Below, one piece after another: positions 12,820 to 26,785 of a DNA stretch of 64,000 nt. The notes under the pieces are model-generated. The model was given only the letters and a program-made list of their open reading frames with translations, had not been told where the DNA came from and did not search any database. The stretch is from Mobula birostris (lineage: Eukaryota). A program made the position numbers and the translations under genes. The stretch covers positions 58,995,299-59,059,298 of the forward strand of contig NC_092387.1 in the NCBI RefSeq assembly GCF_030028105.1, read 5' to 3'. Within the stretch, counting starts at the first letter, position 1, and every line of letters starts with the position of its first letter.

Positions 12820-13010
12820 TTACACAAGGGTGCTGCAGCTAATAGTGCTGCTGCCTCACATTTCCACTTGACATGATTTAATCCTGACTACCAACATCGT
12901 CTACGTGGAGTTTTACATACTCTTGGATTTCTTTTGGCTGTTCCAGTTTTCTCCCCAACCCAAAAACATGCAAGTTGATAGGTTCATTAGCCATTGTAAA
13001 ACTGCCCTTA
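12820..13010 (+). mobile_element. Decayed V-SINE
   Basis: agtgctgctgcctcac head and gtggagtttt...ccagttttctccc...aaaaacatgcaagttgatagg V-domain remnant. Confidence 0.55.
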
Positions 13011-13014
13011 GACC

Positions 13015-13785
13015 ATGAGACAAGACCTAGAAACTGCTTTACCATTTAATCACAGCCTCGCAACCCCATTCTCTTGCCTTCTCCCTGTAACCTTTGACTA
13101 GTCAATAACCTACTAATCTCTGCTTTAATTACACCCAATGACTTGACCTCTACAACTGTCTTTCACAAGGAATTCCAGATACACCACACTCGTGCTAAAC
13201 AAATTCCTCTATCTCTGTTCTAAAAGGATGTCTTTCTATTCTCAGGCTGTGCTGTCTAGTTCTAGACTCTCCCACTATTGGAAATATCCTCTCCACATCC
13301 ACTCTATCTAGGGCTTTCAATGTTTCGATGAAATCCTTACCCCCCCCCCCCCACCATTCTTCCAAACTTCAGTGCATACAGGCCCAGAGCCATTGAACTC
13401 TCCTCATATGTTAACCTTTTCATTCCCAGGATCATTTCTGCAAACCTCCTCTACACCTTCTCCAATGCAAGTACATCCTTTCTTAGATGCAGGCCCAAAA
13501 TTGCCCACGACTGCAAATGCAGTCTGACCAATGCCTTTTAGGGCTCAACATTAAATCCCTGCTTTTATATTCTAATCCGTTCAAAATGACTGCTAACATT
13601 TTATTTGCCTTCCTTACTACTGACTCAACCTGCAAGTCAACCTTTAAGGAATCCTGCTCTAGGACTCTCAAGTCCCTTTGCACCTCTGATTTCTGAATTC
13701 ACTCCCCATTTAGGAAATAGCTGACACCTTTATTTCTTCAACCACAGTGTATGACCATACACTTCCCGACACAGTATTCTATCTT
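13015..13785 (-). mobile_element. CR1 fragment (RT C-terminus to 3' end)
   Basis: ORF 13483..13683: QRDLRVLEQDSLKVDLQVESVVRKANKMLA. Confidence 0.85.
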
Positions 13786-14130
13786 TAGTTTATAGGTGAG
13801 TGGTAGAACTTTTTGGAAAATTGATGCAAATGGTAGGGGGGGGGGAGGGTGGTGGAGGATGGAGAAGTTACAATGGAGAAAGAGATCGCATGGCCTGGTT
13901 TCCTGCTACAGTATATTGTAATGATATATGCAAATAATTGAATTCAGCAACCAGTACATGCATGATCTGGTCCAAATTGGAAATTAATGCCCATTTCACA
14001 CTTCTTTGCTGATATTGGCTGAAGAAAGAATGTTGACCAAGTCTACTTTCTCAAAATGTGACATGCGACAAATGGAGAGTGGATCCAACAATGCAGCTTC
14101 CGTTCATTACATCACCCAAGTCAAGCTAAC

Positions 14131-17100
14131 CTGTAATATTTCTGATCGTGTCCAAGATATCCTGAAGTGGGAGGGTGAGGAGCCAGAGGTCGTGGTACAT
14201 ATAGGTACCAATGACATAGGTAGGAAAAGGGATGAGGTCCTGAAAGGAGAATATAGGGAGCTAGGAAGGGAGTTGAGAAAAAGGATCGCAAAGGTAGTAA
14301 TCTCGGGATTACTGCCTGTGCCACGCGACAGTGAGAGTAGGAATGCGATGAGGTGGAGGATAAATGCGTGGCTGAGGGATTGGAGCAGGGGGCAGGGATT
14401 CAAGTTTTTGGATCATTGGGACCTCCTCTGGCGCAGGCGTGACCTGTACAAAAAGGACGGGTTACACTTGAATCCTAGGGGGACCAATATCCTGGCAGAG
14501 AGATTAGCGAGGGCTACTGAGGTGACTTTAAACTAGAATGGTTGGGGGGTGGGAATCAAATTTAAGAGGCTAGGCGTGAGGGGGTTAGTTCACAACAGGG
14601 GGATGGGAACCAGTGCAGAGAGACAGGGGGGTGTAAAGTGAGGGTAGAAGCAAAATGTACTAAGGAGAAGAGTAAAAGTGGCAGGCCGACAAATCCAGGG
14701 TAAGCATTAAAAAGGGCCACTTTTCAACATAATTGTATAAGGGCTAAGAGAGTTGTAAAAGAGCGCCTGAAGGCTTTGTGTGTCAATGCAAGGAGCATTC
14801 GTAATAAGGTGGATGAATTGAAAGTGCAGATTGTTATTAATGATTATGATATAGTTGGGATCACAGAGACATGGCTCCAGGGTGACCAAGGATGGGAGCT
14901 CAACGTTCAGGGATATTCAATATTCAGGAGGGATAGACATGAAGGGAGGGGAGGTGGGGTGGTGTTGCTGGTTAAAGAAGAGACTAACGCAATAGAAAGG
15001 AAGGACATAAGCCGGGAGGATGTGGAATCGATATGGGTAGAGCTACGTAACACTAAGGGGCAGAAGACGCTGGTGGGTGTTGTGTACAGGCCACCTAACA
15101 GTAGTAGTGAGGTCGGAGATGGTATTAAACAGGAAATTAGAAATGTGTGCAATAAAGGAACAGCAGTTATAATGGGTGACTTCAATCTATTGGGTGAACC
15201 AAATTGGTAAGGGTGCTGAGGAAGAGGATTTCTTGGAATGTATGCGGGATGGTTTTTTGAACCAACATGTCGAGGAACCAACTAGAGAGCAGGCTATTCT
15301 AGACTGGGTTTTGAGCAATGAGGAAGGGTTAATTAGCAAATCTTGTCGTGAGAGGCCCTTTGGGTAAGAGTGACCATAATATGGTGGAATTCTTCATTAA
15401 GATGGAGAGTGACATAGTTAATTCAGAAACAAAGGTTCTGAACTTAAAGAGGGGTAACTTTGAAGGTATGAGACATGAATTAGCTAAGATAGACTGGCAA
15501 ATGACACTTAAAGGATTAACGGTGGATATGCAATGGCAAGCATTTAAAGGTTGCATGGATGAACTACAACAATTGTTCATCCCAGTTTGGCAAAAGAATA
15601 AATCAAGGAAGGTAGTGCACCCGTGGCTGACAAGAGAAATTAGGGATAGTATCAATTCCAAAGAAGCAGCATACAAATTAGCCAGAGAAAGTGGCTCACC
15701 TGAGGACTGGGAGAAATTCAGAGTTCAGCAGAGGAGGACAAAGGGCTTAATTAGGAAGGGGAAAAAAGATTATGAGAGAAAACTGGCAGGGAACATAAAA
15801 ACTGACTGTAAAAGCTTTTATAGGTATGTAATAAGGAAAAGACTGGTAAAGACAAATGTAGGTCCCCTACAGACAGAAACAGGCGAATTGATTATGGGGA
15901 GCAAGGACATGGCAGACCAATTGAATAATTACTTTGGTTCTGTCTTCACTAAGGAGGACATAAATAATCTTCCAGAAATAGTAGGGGACAGAGGGTCCAG
16001 TGAGATGGAGGAACTGAGCGAAATACTTGTTAGTAGGGAAGTGGTGTTAGGTAAATTGAAGGGATTGAAGGCAGATAAATCCCCAGGGCCAGATGGTCTG
16101 CATCCTAGAGTGCTTAAGGAAGTAGCCCAAGAAATAGTGGATGCATTAGTGATAATTTTTCAAAACTTGTTAGATTCTGGACTAGTTCCTGAGGATTGGA
16201 GGGTGGCTAATGTAACCCCACTTTTTAAAAAAGGGGGGAGAGAGAAACCGGGGAATTATAGACCGGTTAGCCTAACGTCGGTGGTGGGGAAACTGCTGGA
16301 GTCAGTTATCAAAGATGTGATAACAGCACATTTGGAAAGCGGCGAAATCATCGGATAAAGTCAGCATGGATTTGTGAAGGGAAAATCATGTCTGACGAAT
16401 CTCATTGAATTTTTTGAGGATGTAACTAGTAGAGTGGATAGGGGAGAACCAGTGGATGTGGTATATTTGGATTTTCAAAAGGCTTTTGACAAGGTCCCAC
16501 ACGGAAGATTAGTGTGTAAACTTAAAGCACATGGTATTGGGGGTAAGGTATTGATGTGGATGGAGAATTGGTTAGCAGACAGGAAGCAAAGAGTGGGAAT
16601 AAACGGGACCTTTTCAGAATGGCAGGCGGTGACTAGTGGGGTACCGCAAGGCTCAGTGCTGGGACCCCAGTTGTTTACAATATATATTAATGACTTGGAT
16701 GAGGAAATTAAATGCAGCATCTCCAAGTTTGCGGATGACACGAAGCTGGGTGGCAGTGTTAGCTGTGAGGAGGATGCTAAGAGGATGCAGGGTGACTTGG
16801 ATAGGTTGGTTGAGTGGGCAAATTCATGGCAGATGCAATTTAATGTGGATAAATGTGAAGTTATCCACTTTAGTAGCAAAAATAGGAAAACAGATTATTA
16901 TCTGAATGGTGGCCGATTAGGAAAAGGGGAGGTGCAACGAGACCTGGGTGTCATTATACACCAGTCATTGAAAGTGGGCATGCAGGTACAGCAGGCGGTG
17001 AAAAAGGCGAATGGTATGCTGGCATTTATAGCGAGGGGATTTGAGTACAGGAGCAGGGAGGTACTACTGCAGTTGTACAAGGCCTTGGTGAGACCACACC

Positions 17101-17658
17101 TGGAGTATTGTGTGCAGTTTTGGTCCCCTAATCTGAGGAAAGACATCCTTGCCATAGAGGGAGTACAAAGAAGGTTCACCAGATTGATTCCTGGGATGGC
17201 AGGACTTTCATATGAAGAAAGACTGGATGAACTGGGTTTGTACTCGTTGGAATTTAGAAGATTGAGGGGGGATCTGATTGAAACGTATAAAATCTTAAAG
17301 GGACTGGACAGGCTAGATGCAGAAAGATTGTTCCCGATGTTGGGGAAGTCCAGAACAAGGGGTCACAGTTTGAGGATAAAGGGGAAGCCTTTTAGGACCG
17401 AGATTAGGAAAAACTTCTTCACTCAGAGAGTGGTGAATCTGTGGAATTCTCTGCCACAGGAAGCAGTTGAGGCCAGTTCATTGGCTATATTTAAGAGGGA
17501 GTTAGATATGGCCCTTGTGGCTACGGAGATCAGGGGGTATGGAGGGAAGGCTGGGGCGGGGTTCTGAGTTGGATGATCAGCCATGATCATAATAAATGGC
17601 GGTGCAGGCTCGAAGGGCCGAATGGCCTACTCCTGCACCTATTTTCTATGTTTCTATG
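14131..17658 (+). mobile_element. Young 5'-truncated CR1 LINE (ORF1 esterase end + ORF2 APE-RT), antisense in MPI intron 4
   Basis: SGNH esterase motifs HIGTND and DGLHLN; APE motifs NARSI, GITETWL, VVYRPP, GDFN, SDHN; RT motifs YLDFQKAFDKV, GVPQGSVLGP, FADD. (TTTCTATG)2 tail. taac flanks both ends (14127-14130, 17659-17662). Confidence 0.96.
14776..17567 (+). pseudogene. CR1 ORF2 (endonuclease-reverse transcriptase), disrupted
   Basis: Split into four ORF-track segments by frameshifts near 15190 and 15338 and an in-frame TAA at 16356-16358. Confidence 0.9.
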
Positions 17659-17889
17659 TAACTGATAGGCTAAAGTGATGATACCTAAATCCAAAAGCTT
17701 CAGTTTCAGATGCCTGACTCCAACCAAATGAATCACTTGTCACCTAGTGCTCACATTTCACACAGTGCTCAAGGAACAGAAATGTTTTTGCAAAGCTGCT
17801 CCAAAAATACAGAAAGAAGGCATACTATATTTTACCTACAAATTGTCACCACGGTTTACAAGGACATATCACGGCGCTTCATGTCTTAC

Positions 17890-18031
17890 TTTTCAAAAAC
17901 CCAATAATTTCCTCCACTGGTCTGAATCCACACAGTCCTTCAAATGGAGTCAGTGCAATAGCCATTTCTGGTTTGTGATTTTTATCAGGATATCGATCTG
18001 GAAACTGAGCATGCAGCTGTGCAGCTAGTTC
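17890..18031 (-). CDS. MPI: MPI exon 4
   Basis: cag acceptor, GTAAGA donor, 142 nt. [47 protein letters not shown] carries the YPDxNHKPE type I PMI signature. Confidence 0.97.
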
Positions 18032-19659
18032 CTGTAGGAAACAAATTTCAAACCTTTGATGAATAGAGTGCTTTAAAATATAAATAATTCAGAAAATTAT
18101 CTTACAAATGTTTGCTTCAGGTTTTTTTGGGTTGGGTTCTGGGCATGTGGAACAGAACTAAACACATCCAAGCTAAGCGCAGTAAGTCAATCTTCCTCCA
18201 TTCTGCACAAGAGCATGAGGCTAAGTTTTCTCCCACCCTGCTCCAGTACTAGTAGTATTTTTGATCTATCGATTCCCAGCAAAATCATAAGTACTTGGAG
18301 GAACAATGTTTATTATTCAATTATAGGTATCAAAATTGGATTTGTTTTAAATAATTTTCTGATGGCTTAATTCCAACTCTAATTCCTTATTATTTTTCTA
18401 AAGCTCTCCTGATGGACTCAATTAGACAGAAGTCCTGAGTGAAGAATATCTTGCTACGAAATGTCTCTTGCAGGAAACACTGAGGTCTGCTTTTGCACAG
18501 TGTGCTCCCACAATCAGCAACGTGGCAGATGATCATATTTTAGTCATATTGAATGGAGGGTAAACTTCGGTCAGAAAGCCAGGAAGATCTTCTCTGCTGC
18601 TCTTGAACAGAATACCAAAGGGCATATAATATCCATCAGTGTGCCAGCAGGAACTCTTTAATGTTTCTCATTCCAGAGGCAGTACTGCAGTGTCAGCCTT
18701 GATTACTGTGGCTATCTATAGTGGGGGAAACCCACAACCTTCTGAATTAATGATGTTGCCAAGCAAACTATATGGTTATATAAAAACAATTGTTCTGAAC
18801 CTTTATTTTACCTCTGACTTGAGAATGCCCAAGACCATAAGATATCGGAGCAGAATTAGGCCATTCAGCCCATTAATTCTGTTCTACCATTTAATCATAA
18901 CTGATTTATTAACCTCTCAAAGTCGTGCTTTTCCCACCCCTCCCTCGTACAATCACCTCACACCTGCCAGCTTGTTTTAAATTTAAAATAGACTGAATGC
19001 ACTGAAGGTGTCACATTTCATAAGTTCACACACTGCTTCTATTTCTATGCAAATTATCCGGGATTCATTTTTCTGAGGGAGCCCATTCTTAGGAATTTAA
19101 CATAAGCACAAAACAATGATGGGGACAAGATCAGAAATGATGATGACAGATAATTAAAGTGTCAACAACAAGGTTAGTTCAGACAGAATCCTTCAAATGC
19201 AAGAGAAGGTAAAAAAATTTGTTGAATCACATATAGCTCAGGGTAGCTAATTTCAAAGATCCAGCACAGTACAAGTAAAGGAAGATCTCATTTCAGCTCT
19301 AAGTGTCCTACTCCTTATTTTGAGATGTGACTCCTCAACTTCTAGACTCAACCAATCATTTCCACATCCATTCCATTTAGCCCTGTAAGTATTGGATAGA
19401 TCTCAATAAGGTCACTTCCCCTTGTAAACTGGAAAAAACACAGGTCTATTTCTACTTGATCTCATGGCACCATCACAGGAATCAATCTGGTGAATGCTTG
19501 CTGTGCTCTCTCCAACAAAGATATTCACTATAGGTAAAGTGGCAGAAATTGCACACAATACCACAACTCACTAAGACACCTTTACACTTGTACTTAAAAC
19601 TACTTTACAATAAATGATTTTCAATAAATTGAGTTCAAGAGGTAATGTCAGACCAAAAG

Positions 19660-20040
19660 ACAAAAGAGCAGGATGATACCATTCAGCCCATCAAGTCTGC
19701 TCCACCATCCCTCTCAGCACTATTCTCCTACCTTCTCCAAGTAACGTTTGACACACTTGCTAATCAGTGAACCTATTTAAATACACCCAACGACTTGGCC
19801 TCCACAGCCATCTGTGGCAATGAATTCCACAGATTCACCATCTTCTAGCTAAGGAGATTTCCTCTCATGCCTGTTCTAAGGGATGTTCTTTTATTCTGAG
19901 GCTGTGCCCTCTGGTCATAAGACTCCCCCACTACTGGAAACATCCACTTCAGGTCCACTCTATCTAGGCTTTTCAATATTTGATGCTTCAATGAAATCCC
20001 CCCTCTCATTCTTCTGAACTCCAGCAGGCACAGACACATA
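19660..20040 (-). mobile_element. CR1 3' fragment
   Basis: ORF 19845..20039 (LLEFRRMRGG...ILKSLDRVD) plus 3'UTR remnant. Confidence 0.8.
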
Positions 20041-20238
20041 TATCAACAGGATAAAGGTCATCTTATGTTTAGGTACATGGCGCAGTCCAACTCAAAATAC
20101 TCCCGAAACAAATTCACATTCCGGACAATGCTTTCTATTTTGTAAAATTATTTTGAAAACTGGGCAAAATTAATATTCCACGTTACAAACATGGTTATTT
20201 ACCCAATTAAATGAGGTTCTACTTAACCCTTTGCTTAC

Positions 20239-20439
20239 TTTGTTCGGATGAGCTTGAATAGATAACGAGATGTTCACCGAAAGCACCTTGAACAAAAAAG
20301 GCAACTGTCCTTGGAAAACATCCTTCACTTTTGACCCCAGGGAATCAGGATGCTCCGAAATCCACTGGCCAAGAGTCTTCTGGGAAATTCTGTTGTCGCA
20401 AATGACTGCATCCCCTTTGGGATGTGCTCCCATCCATAA
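20239..20439 (-). CDS. MPI: MPI exon 3
   Basis: tag acceptor, GTAAGC donor, 201 nt. LWMGAHPKG...[22 protein letters not shown] contains the Zn-ligand Q and H (ORF track 20170..20433). Confidence 0.97.
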
Positions 20440-20844
20440 CTAATAGAAAAATCATAAAACAGCATCACTTCTCAAGCTTGCTAATAATTTCCATATTTTG
20501 CCATGTTGGAAGATGTGTTTTGCTAATTATATTGCACATGGATTTCTCATCTTTGTGTTACTTGTTAACATGATAACACCATCAATAATGTGCTTGTGAA
20601 TAATGAGGTAATTGTAAACTTAATTTATATTAAATTGCCATATGATTTCTATCAGTACTTTTCCTTCTCTGCATGAATCAAAGCTGTCCAAAGCAGTAAA
20701 AGATAATTTAAGGATTCATTTACTGATCTTTCAATGCTCACCAGAAAGCACAGAAAAGATATTAGCAGAATTTTGAGACTTCATTTTGAATTATACTTCT
20801 CAATAAATTAACAAACAAAATTTCAGACTGCGTGACAGAAGTGG

Positions 20845-21325
20845 GATTGAAGATTGATTGGGTCTGGTGTCCAGAAAGAAACAGAGTGTTTGGAGGCCTT
20901 CCTGATGGGGAATGGAGGTGTATAGGGACTGGACATACATGGTAAAAATGAGACGGTCAGGGAACTTGGAAGTCATTGAAAAGATCAAGAGCATATAAAG
21001 TGTCATGGATGTAGGTACAAAGGGACTGAACCAAGGAGGACAAAACAGAATCAGGGTATGCAGATACAAGTTTGGTGGGGCAGGAACAAGCAGAAACAAT
21101 GGGTCTACCTGGACAGGCAGGACCTTGGATAGGAGGTAGAAATGGGAGGTGCAGGGTGAGGGAACTATGAGATTGGTGGCAGTGGATGGGAGATCCCCAG
21201 AGTTAATAAGATCAGTGATGGTACGGGTGACAATGGCCTGGTGCTCCTTAGTGGGGTCCTGTTCAAAGGTCAAGTAAGAGGAAGTATCTGAGAGTTGTCA
21301 CCTGGCCTCAGCAAGGAGGAGGTCA
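20845..21325 (-). mobile_element. Penelope-like element RT fragment
   Basis: DPTKEHQAIV...FYLLSK...LIFTMYVQSLYTSIPHQEGL matches the PLE RT motifs FYxLPK and DVxSLYTxIP. Confidence 0.82.
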
Positions 21326-21850
21326 GGAGTATCGTGCGCAGTTCAGATCACCTACCTACAAGAAAGTTATCCATAAGGTTGAAAAAGTGCAAAATTTACA
21401 AGGATGTTGCCAGGTCTTGAGGACCTGGATCATTGGGAAAGGTTGTCGAGGTTAGGACTTTTATTTCCTGAAGCACTGGAGATTTGTAGGATGTATACAA
21501 AATTATGAGGGGTGTAGATTGGATAAATGCAAGCAGGCTTTTTCCACGAAGGTTCGGTGAGACTAGAACTAGAGGTCATGGGTTAAGGGTGAAAGTTGAA
21601 ATATTTAAAGGGAAGCTGAGGGGGAATTTCTTCACTCAGAGGTGGTGCAAGTGCAGAATATGCTGCTAGCAGAAGTGGTGGATATGGGCTCAATTTCAGC
21701 ATTTAAGACAAGTTTGGATAAGTACATGGATGAGAGGGGAATAGAAGATTATGGTCTAGGTGCAGATCAGTGGGACTAGGCAGAGTAAGAGTTCAGCACA
21801 GACTAGTTGGGCCAAAGAGCCTGTTTCCATTCAGTAATGCTATGACTATA
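21326..21850 (+). mobile_element. CR1 3' fragment
   Basis: Decayed EYRAQF...FTRMLPGL...RTRGHGLRVK...FFTQR, followed by a CR1 tail. Confidence 0.8.
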
Positions 21851-21982
21851 AGGGAGACAATGTAGGAAAAGTTTACTAAAATACTGACATAGTGATCTTG
21901 CAAAATTCACCTACCCACACATATACACCTCCTCTCTCAAAGCTAAGACCCAGTATATAGTTTAAGGCAAAATGCAAAGTAC

Positions 21983-22110
21983 CTCAGCATAGGGTTTCTC
22001 TTGTTCAATGACTATCAAAGGATCATTACTTGAAATTAGTTTTGCCACCTCACTCTCCGATCCAACCTTCCCCCAGGCATAGTGCTGCACAGCACACTTC
22101 AGCGGAAACA
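21983..22110 (-). CDS. MPI: MPI exon 2
   Basis: cag acceptor, GTACTT donor, 128 nt. Translates [43 protein letters not shown] (type I PMI YxWGK and PYAE motifs). Confidence 0.96.
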
Positions 22111-24407
22111 CTGGTGAAAAGAACAGATTGAAAAACTCTAACCTCCAAACCTCAACACAATAATAAATGACTCCAAGCTTGGCATAATTTAAAATAAAGA
22201 CACATCAAAATACAAGACAGTTTAATTTTCAAAAAAAATCATATACTTTAAAAATACAACAAGTACCCACAACCATGTTTAGGTAGGTACATGGATGGGA
22301 GGGATATGAAGGGCTATGGTCCAGATTGTCAGTGGGACTAGGCAGAATGACAGTTCAGCATGGATTAGATGGTTCAAAGGGCCTGTTTCTGTGCTGAAGT
22401 GTTCTATAACTCTATGACAAAGTGGACAGAGTAGGATAACATCGACATTAAAAGATTCTCAGGGGGCAGTTAGTCTTTGGGACCCCACTATCCGGAGGAG
22501 AGGAGTAGTTCGGAATTGCATGGTACAAAAAGTGAGTGACGACGGTTACTTGTTAAATTTCAAAGATGAGATTGACACTTTTTATTAACCAGAAGTTTCA
22601 AGGAACACAAAGTCACAACCAAATGATGATCTTGTAAAATGATGGAAGAGACTTAGGAGCTGAATGTCCTAGTGTTGTCCCTATAATGTTTAACGTCAGC
22701 AAAGTGAAACAGATCAAACCATCAGGAGGAGCTCAAGATGGAGTATACCAAATGTGAAATGCCGACAAAACCATTTGCAATGTTAAACTGGTCCAGAAAT
22801 AAGGATGGGAACCACATAAAGTAGTTTCCTTCCACAAGACCATACGATATAGGAGCAGAATTAGGCCACTCAGCATATAGAGTCTGTTCCACCATTCAAT
22901 TATGGCTGATTTATTATCCCTCTAAGCCCCATTCTCCTAATCAAGAACCTAATAACGATCTAATAATTCCTTCACACTTACCAGGATCTGACACTTTTGA
23001 TGGCTGATAGAGCCTGTAACTCAGTCCCATGTCTCAAAAAGTCCCAGAATCTTCTGATTGCCAAAAACAGTTCCCAGGAGCCAATGGCCATTCCGCCACC
23101 CCCCCCACTCCCACCCAGCATTACCTTTCCTAACTTACTTCGAATAGTCTACCTATACAACTAAATATCCTGGAATCTCACAAAATAAATATCACCGAAT
23201 CTAGGTGTGGACTGGTGGTTGTGGGGGGGGGGGGGGGGGGAGAGAAGGGGAATAGAATTCCAATTATCCACCTTACACTATAGATAGATCTTTGCAACAA
23301 TAGTTTTGTAATTATTTTTTGCCTGAGCTGTTCAGCAAACAGCCTGACAATGCAAATATTCTCAGCACAAGAGAACAAAAGCAAAATGTATATACACCCT
23401 ACGATGATTGTGAAAGAAAAATCTTAACTGGTGAATCACAAGAAATAAATGCAAATGATCTTGCTGGACAAGAAGACTGGCACACTACATAATGAGCACT
23501 TGCCTGTCATCTCTCCAAAATCTCTCACTGACCCACGATAAAAGCAAGCTTTGACACAATGAGCATTGTTCATGGAAAACTGGCCTACAAAGAGCATCAT
23601 GACCAGCATAAACTCTAGGTAGGAAAAAAATGTCAAGACTAAAGTTCATTTTTAATATCCTACAGAATGCTCGTCACAGATTCAATCATTCCAATATTAT
23701 AATCTCACTGTTTAGTGATTTTATTCAGATCACCGGGCTCCATTTCCCAATTTCATTAAACCTAATGGATTCACTAAAATATATTATATGATTGTGTAAT
23801 TTGTTTAAAAAAAACATCGTGGAAGTATGTGAGGGTGTTAATGAGTTACATTTATTAGTCTCTAGCACCAAAGTTCTAACTTTACCAGATTAGAGATATA
23901 ATCTACCATTTGGAACTCCTGATACCTTAGCATCTGCCTTACCAGATGATGTCTACTTAATTTTCTTGAGATTCATCAAGGGCTCCCAGTTCCCACACTC
24001 ACCAGCTTCTCACAGTGAGTCCCAGCTTCTGTCTATAAACTAAATAGGGCCCCATTTTAAAACCATCCTGAAGAAATTGACTTGGGCCCACTTTCCCATG
24101 CTCCCTTTAGATTTCTAGGTTCACATGAAAATTTTGTTATTAAAGTGTGATTTGCAGGTGTTTTAGGATATTAATATGGACAACCTCCTGGGTTGGAGAA
24201 CTGTATGTGCATGTGTAGTTAGGAGGAATGTGGTTTCTTTGCTGATGTTGTGGTCGCTTGCCATGTTTTATGTTGTTCTGCCCAGCATTGTGGCCATACT
24301 ATGTTGGCGTCTGAATGTGTGGCGACACAAGTTGGTTATGCTGAAAGGGCCCGTTAATGTACTTTAACTCGAAATAAAATTAATTTTAAAATGATGTATT
24401 TCACTGT

Positions 24408-24507
24408 TATCAACACACACACAAAACGCTGGCGGAACTTAGCAGGCCAGGCAGCATCTATGGAAGAGGTACAATCAACGTTTCGGGCTGAGACCCTTCG
24501 GCAGGAC
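24408..24507 (-). mobile_element. Short PLE-tail insert with 11-bp TSD
   Basis: tatttcactgt at 24397-24407 and 24508-24518. Carries a hammerhead motif with a mutated core (CTGCCGA). Confidence 0.75.
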
Positions 24508-25629
24508 TATTTCACTGTATGTTTCGATGTACATGTGATCAATAAATCTGAATCTGGAATCTTAAATAGCTTCCAGTAATCCTGGAGATAACATCCAATT
24601 GTCCAAAAACAAAAAAAACCACACACACATGCGATGCTCTAGCACCAATATCCCGTGTACCGCATTATCAGAGATTTATTGTATAAAGGTAGATCCAAGA
24701 AACAAAATGAGTACAAGGAGAAGGGAAAAGATAAAATTTTGTTTGTACAGTAGCACAACAGTTGCTTTGAAAAAGGAGGTAGGAACATTCTTGGTGTGGA
24801 ACATTCAAAAGGCTAGCAGCACAAAAGTATTGACCACACCATATTTCATTAAGACTCTGTACACTTTGAATATGAAAACGAACCCCAGTCCCTCTGTGGC
24901 ATTGATTCCATATCTTAATATACAGAGAAGATAAGACAGGTTAATTAATCACTCTTTTCTTATTTAAACAACCAGTCACAATCTGCATAGGCCTCAAATC
25001 CTTCCATGTTATACCATTACTTATGTCATCTACATATCAGAACAAAATCGAATTACTGCTGCCTCTGCACAAGGTAAAATTGTCCCTTGGTACTCATCGG
25101 GTATCAATCACTAGTGACCTGTAGATCAGGTCTTTGATCTCTCCACACATCCTTCATTTATTGAACTGTAATCACAGCAGCAAACATTAATCAAGCAATC
25201 TTCTGAACTCCACTCAAAATAGTCAGCATTCCTGAAGTTTCATAACTACTTTAAAAATTTGCCAATTTTAATTGACTAGGACTAATACCATGCAGGTTAA
25301 CATACACCAACAATTGCCATGTGTCATAAAAATCAAAATACCAATACATTTCATGGCAAAGAGATACAAACACAAGAAAATATGCAACGGCCAGAGGACA
25401 AATTGACCCTGTTGCAAACAAGGCACAATTAATCAATCCTACCGAAGATTCAAAAGCATTATTATAGTCTCAATTCTCAAAAGTAATCAAGCTACACTGT
25501 AGAACATTTAGTACAAATAAATTGTTTATTTTCAGTTACAAAATTTTATCCAGACCCTACAAATCATTTTCTTCTATTCCTTCCATGCGCATTTCATAAC
25601 TAATTTAATTATCTTAATTTAATTTTTAA

Positions 25630-25890
25630 TTGAGATACAGCACAGAATAGGCCCTTTGAGCCATGCCACCTAGCAATCCCCCAATTCAATTCTAGCCTGA
25701 TCAGAGGACAATTTACAATGACCAATTGATCTATCAATTGGTACATCTTTCAACCGTGGGAGAAAACTGGAATATCCAGAGGAAACACACAAAGTCACAG
25801 GAAAAACATATGAACTCTTTACAGGCAGCGGTGGGAATGAAACCCAGGTCACTTGTACTGTAAAGTGCTAACCACTACGTTACCATGCCG
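25630..25890 (-). mobile_element. V-SINE
   Basis: tRNA-like head (ggcatggtaacgtagtggttagc), V-domain and CR1-like tail. Confidence 0.7.
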
Positions 25891-26069
25891 TACCAAAAGG
25901 TCCTTGGTCTGAAACGTTGACAGGTTAATCTCCTCCATTGATGCTGCCTGACTTGCTGAGTTCCTCCAGCATTTGGTGTGCTGCTCAAGATTTCCAGCAT
26001 CAGCAAATCTCTTGTATTAATTACTTGATATTTTCATTTTTAGAATTACTTTCCACATATTTTCTGGTT

Positions 26070-26785
26070 ACATACTTTATAGTCGCCAAACAATTGGTAC
26101 TAGAACGTACAATCATCACAGCAATATTTGATTCTGCGCTTCACACTCCCTGGATTACAAATATTAAATATTAAAAATAGTTAAAATTAGTAAATATTAA
26201 AAATTTAAATTATAAATCATAAATACAAAATAGAAAAATGGGAAGTAAGGTAGTGCAAAAAAACCGGGAGGCAGGTCCAGATATTTGGAGGGTACGGCCC
26301 AGATCCGGGTCAGGATCCGTTCAGCAGTCTTATCACAGTTAGAAAGAAGCTGTTCCCAAATCTGGCCATACGAGTCTTCAAGCTCCTGAACCTTCTCCCG
26401 GAGGGAAAAGGGACAAAAAGTGTGTTAGCTGGGTGGGTCGTGTCCTTGATTATCCTGGCAGCACTGCTCCGACAGTGTGCGGTGTAAAGTGAGTCCACGG
26501 AAGGAAGATTGGTTTGTGTGATGTGCTGTGCCGTGTTCACATCCTTCTACAGCTTCTTTCAGTCTTGGACCAGACAACTTCCATACCAGGTTGCGATGCA
26601 CCCTAGAAGAATGCTTTCTACGGTGCATCTATAAAAATTAGTGAGTGTTTTAGGGGACAGACCGAATTTCTTCAGTTTTCTCAGGAAGTAAAGGCGCTGG
26701 TGGGCCTTCTTGGCAGTGAACTCTGCTTGGTTGGACCAAGTCAGGTCATTTGTGATATTGACCCGAGGAACTTAAAGCTTTTGAT
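26070..26785 (-). mobile_element. Rex1/Babar-like LINE 3' fragment
   Basis: QRLYFLRKL...NFYRCTVESIL...WYGS...IIKDTTHPA...PSGRRFRS...NSFF.TVIRLLN, followed by an AT-rich 3'UTR. Confidence 0.8.

Noticed and set aside
14006-14536. 176-aa ORF as a host esterase gene
   Set aside because: The first ~42 codons are intronic flank read into the truncated CR1 ORF1, with a non-ATG start.
16356-16373. Programmed readthrough between the 336-aa and 397-aa ORFs
   Set aside because: A single CAA->TAA change in a copy that also has frameshifts explains it more simply.
16475-17179. Antisense ORFs over RT (also 14907-15281, 40783-41061)
   Set aside because: Shadow frames of the LINE coding sequence with no independent gene signals.
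23223-23240. Long G/C homopolymers (also ~13339, 13836, 56674) as functional G-quadruplexes
   Set aside because: Simple slippage tracts with unreliable length and no supporting context.
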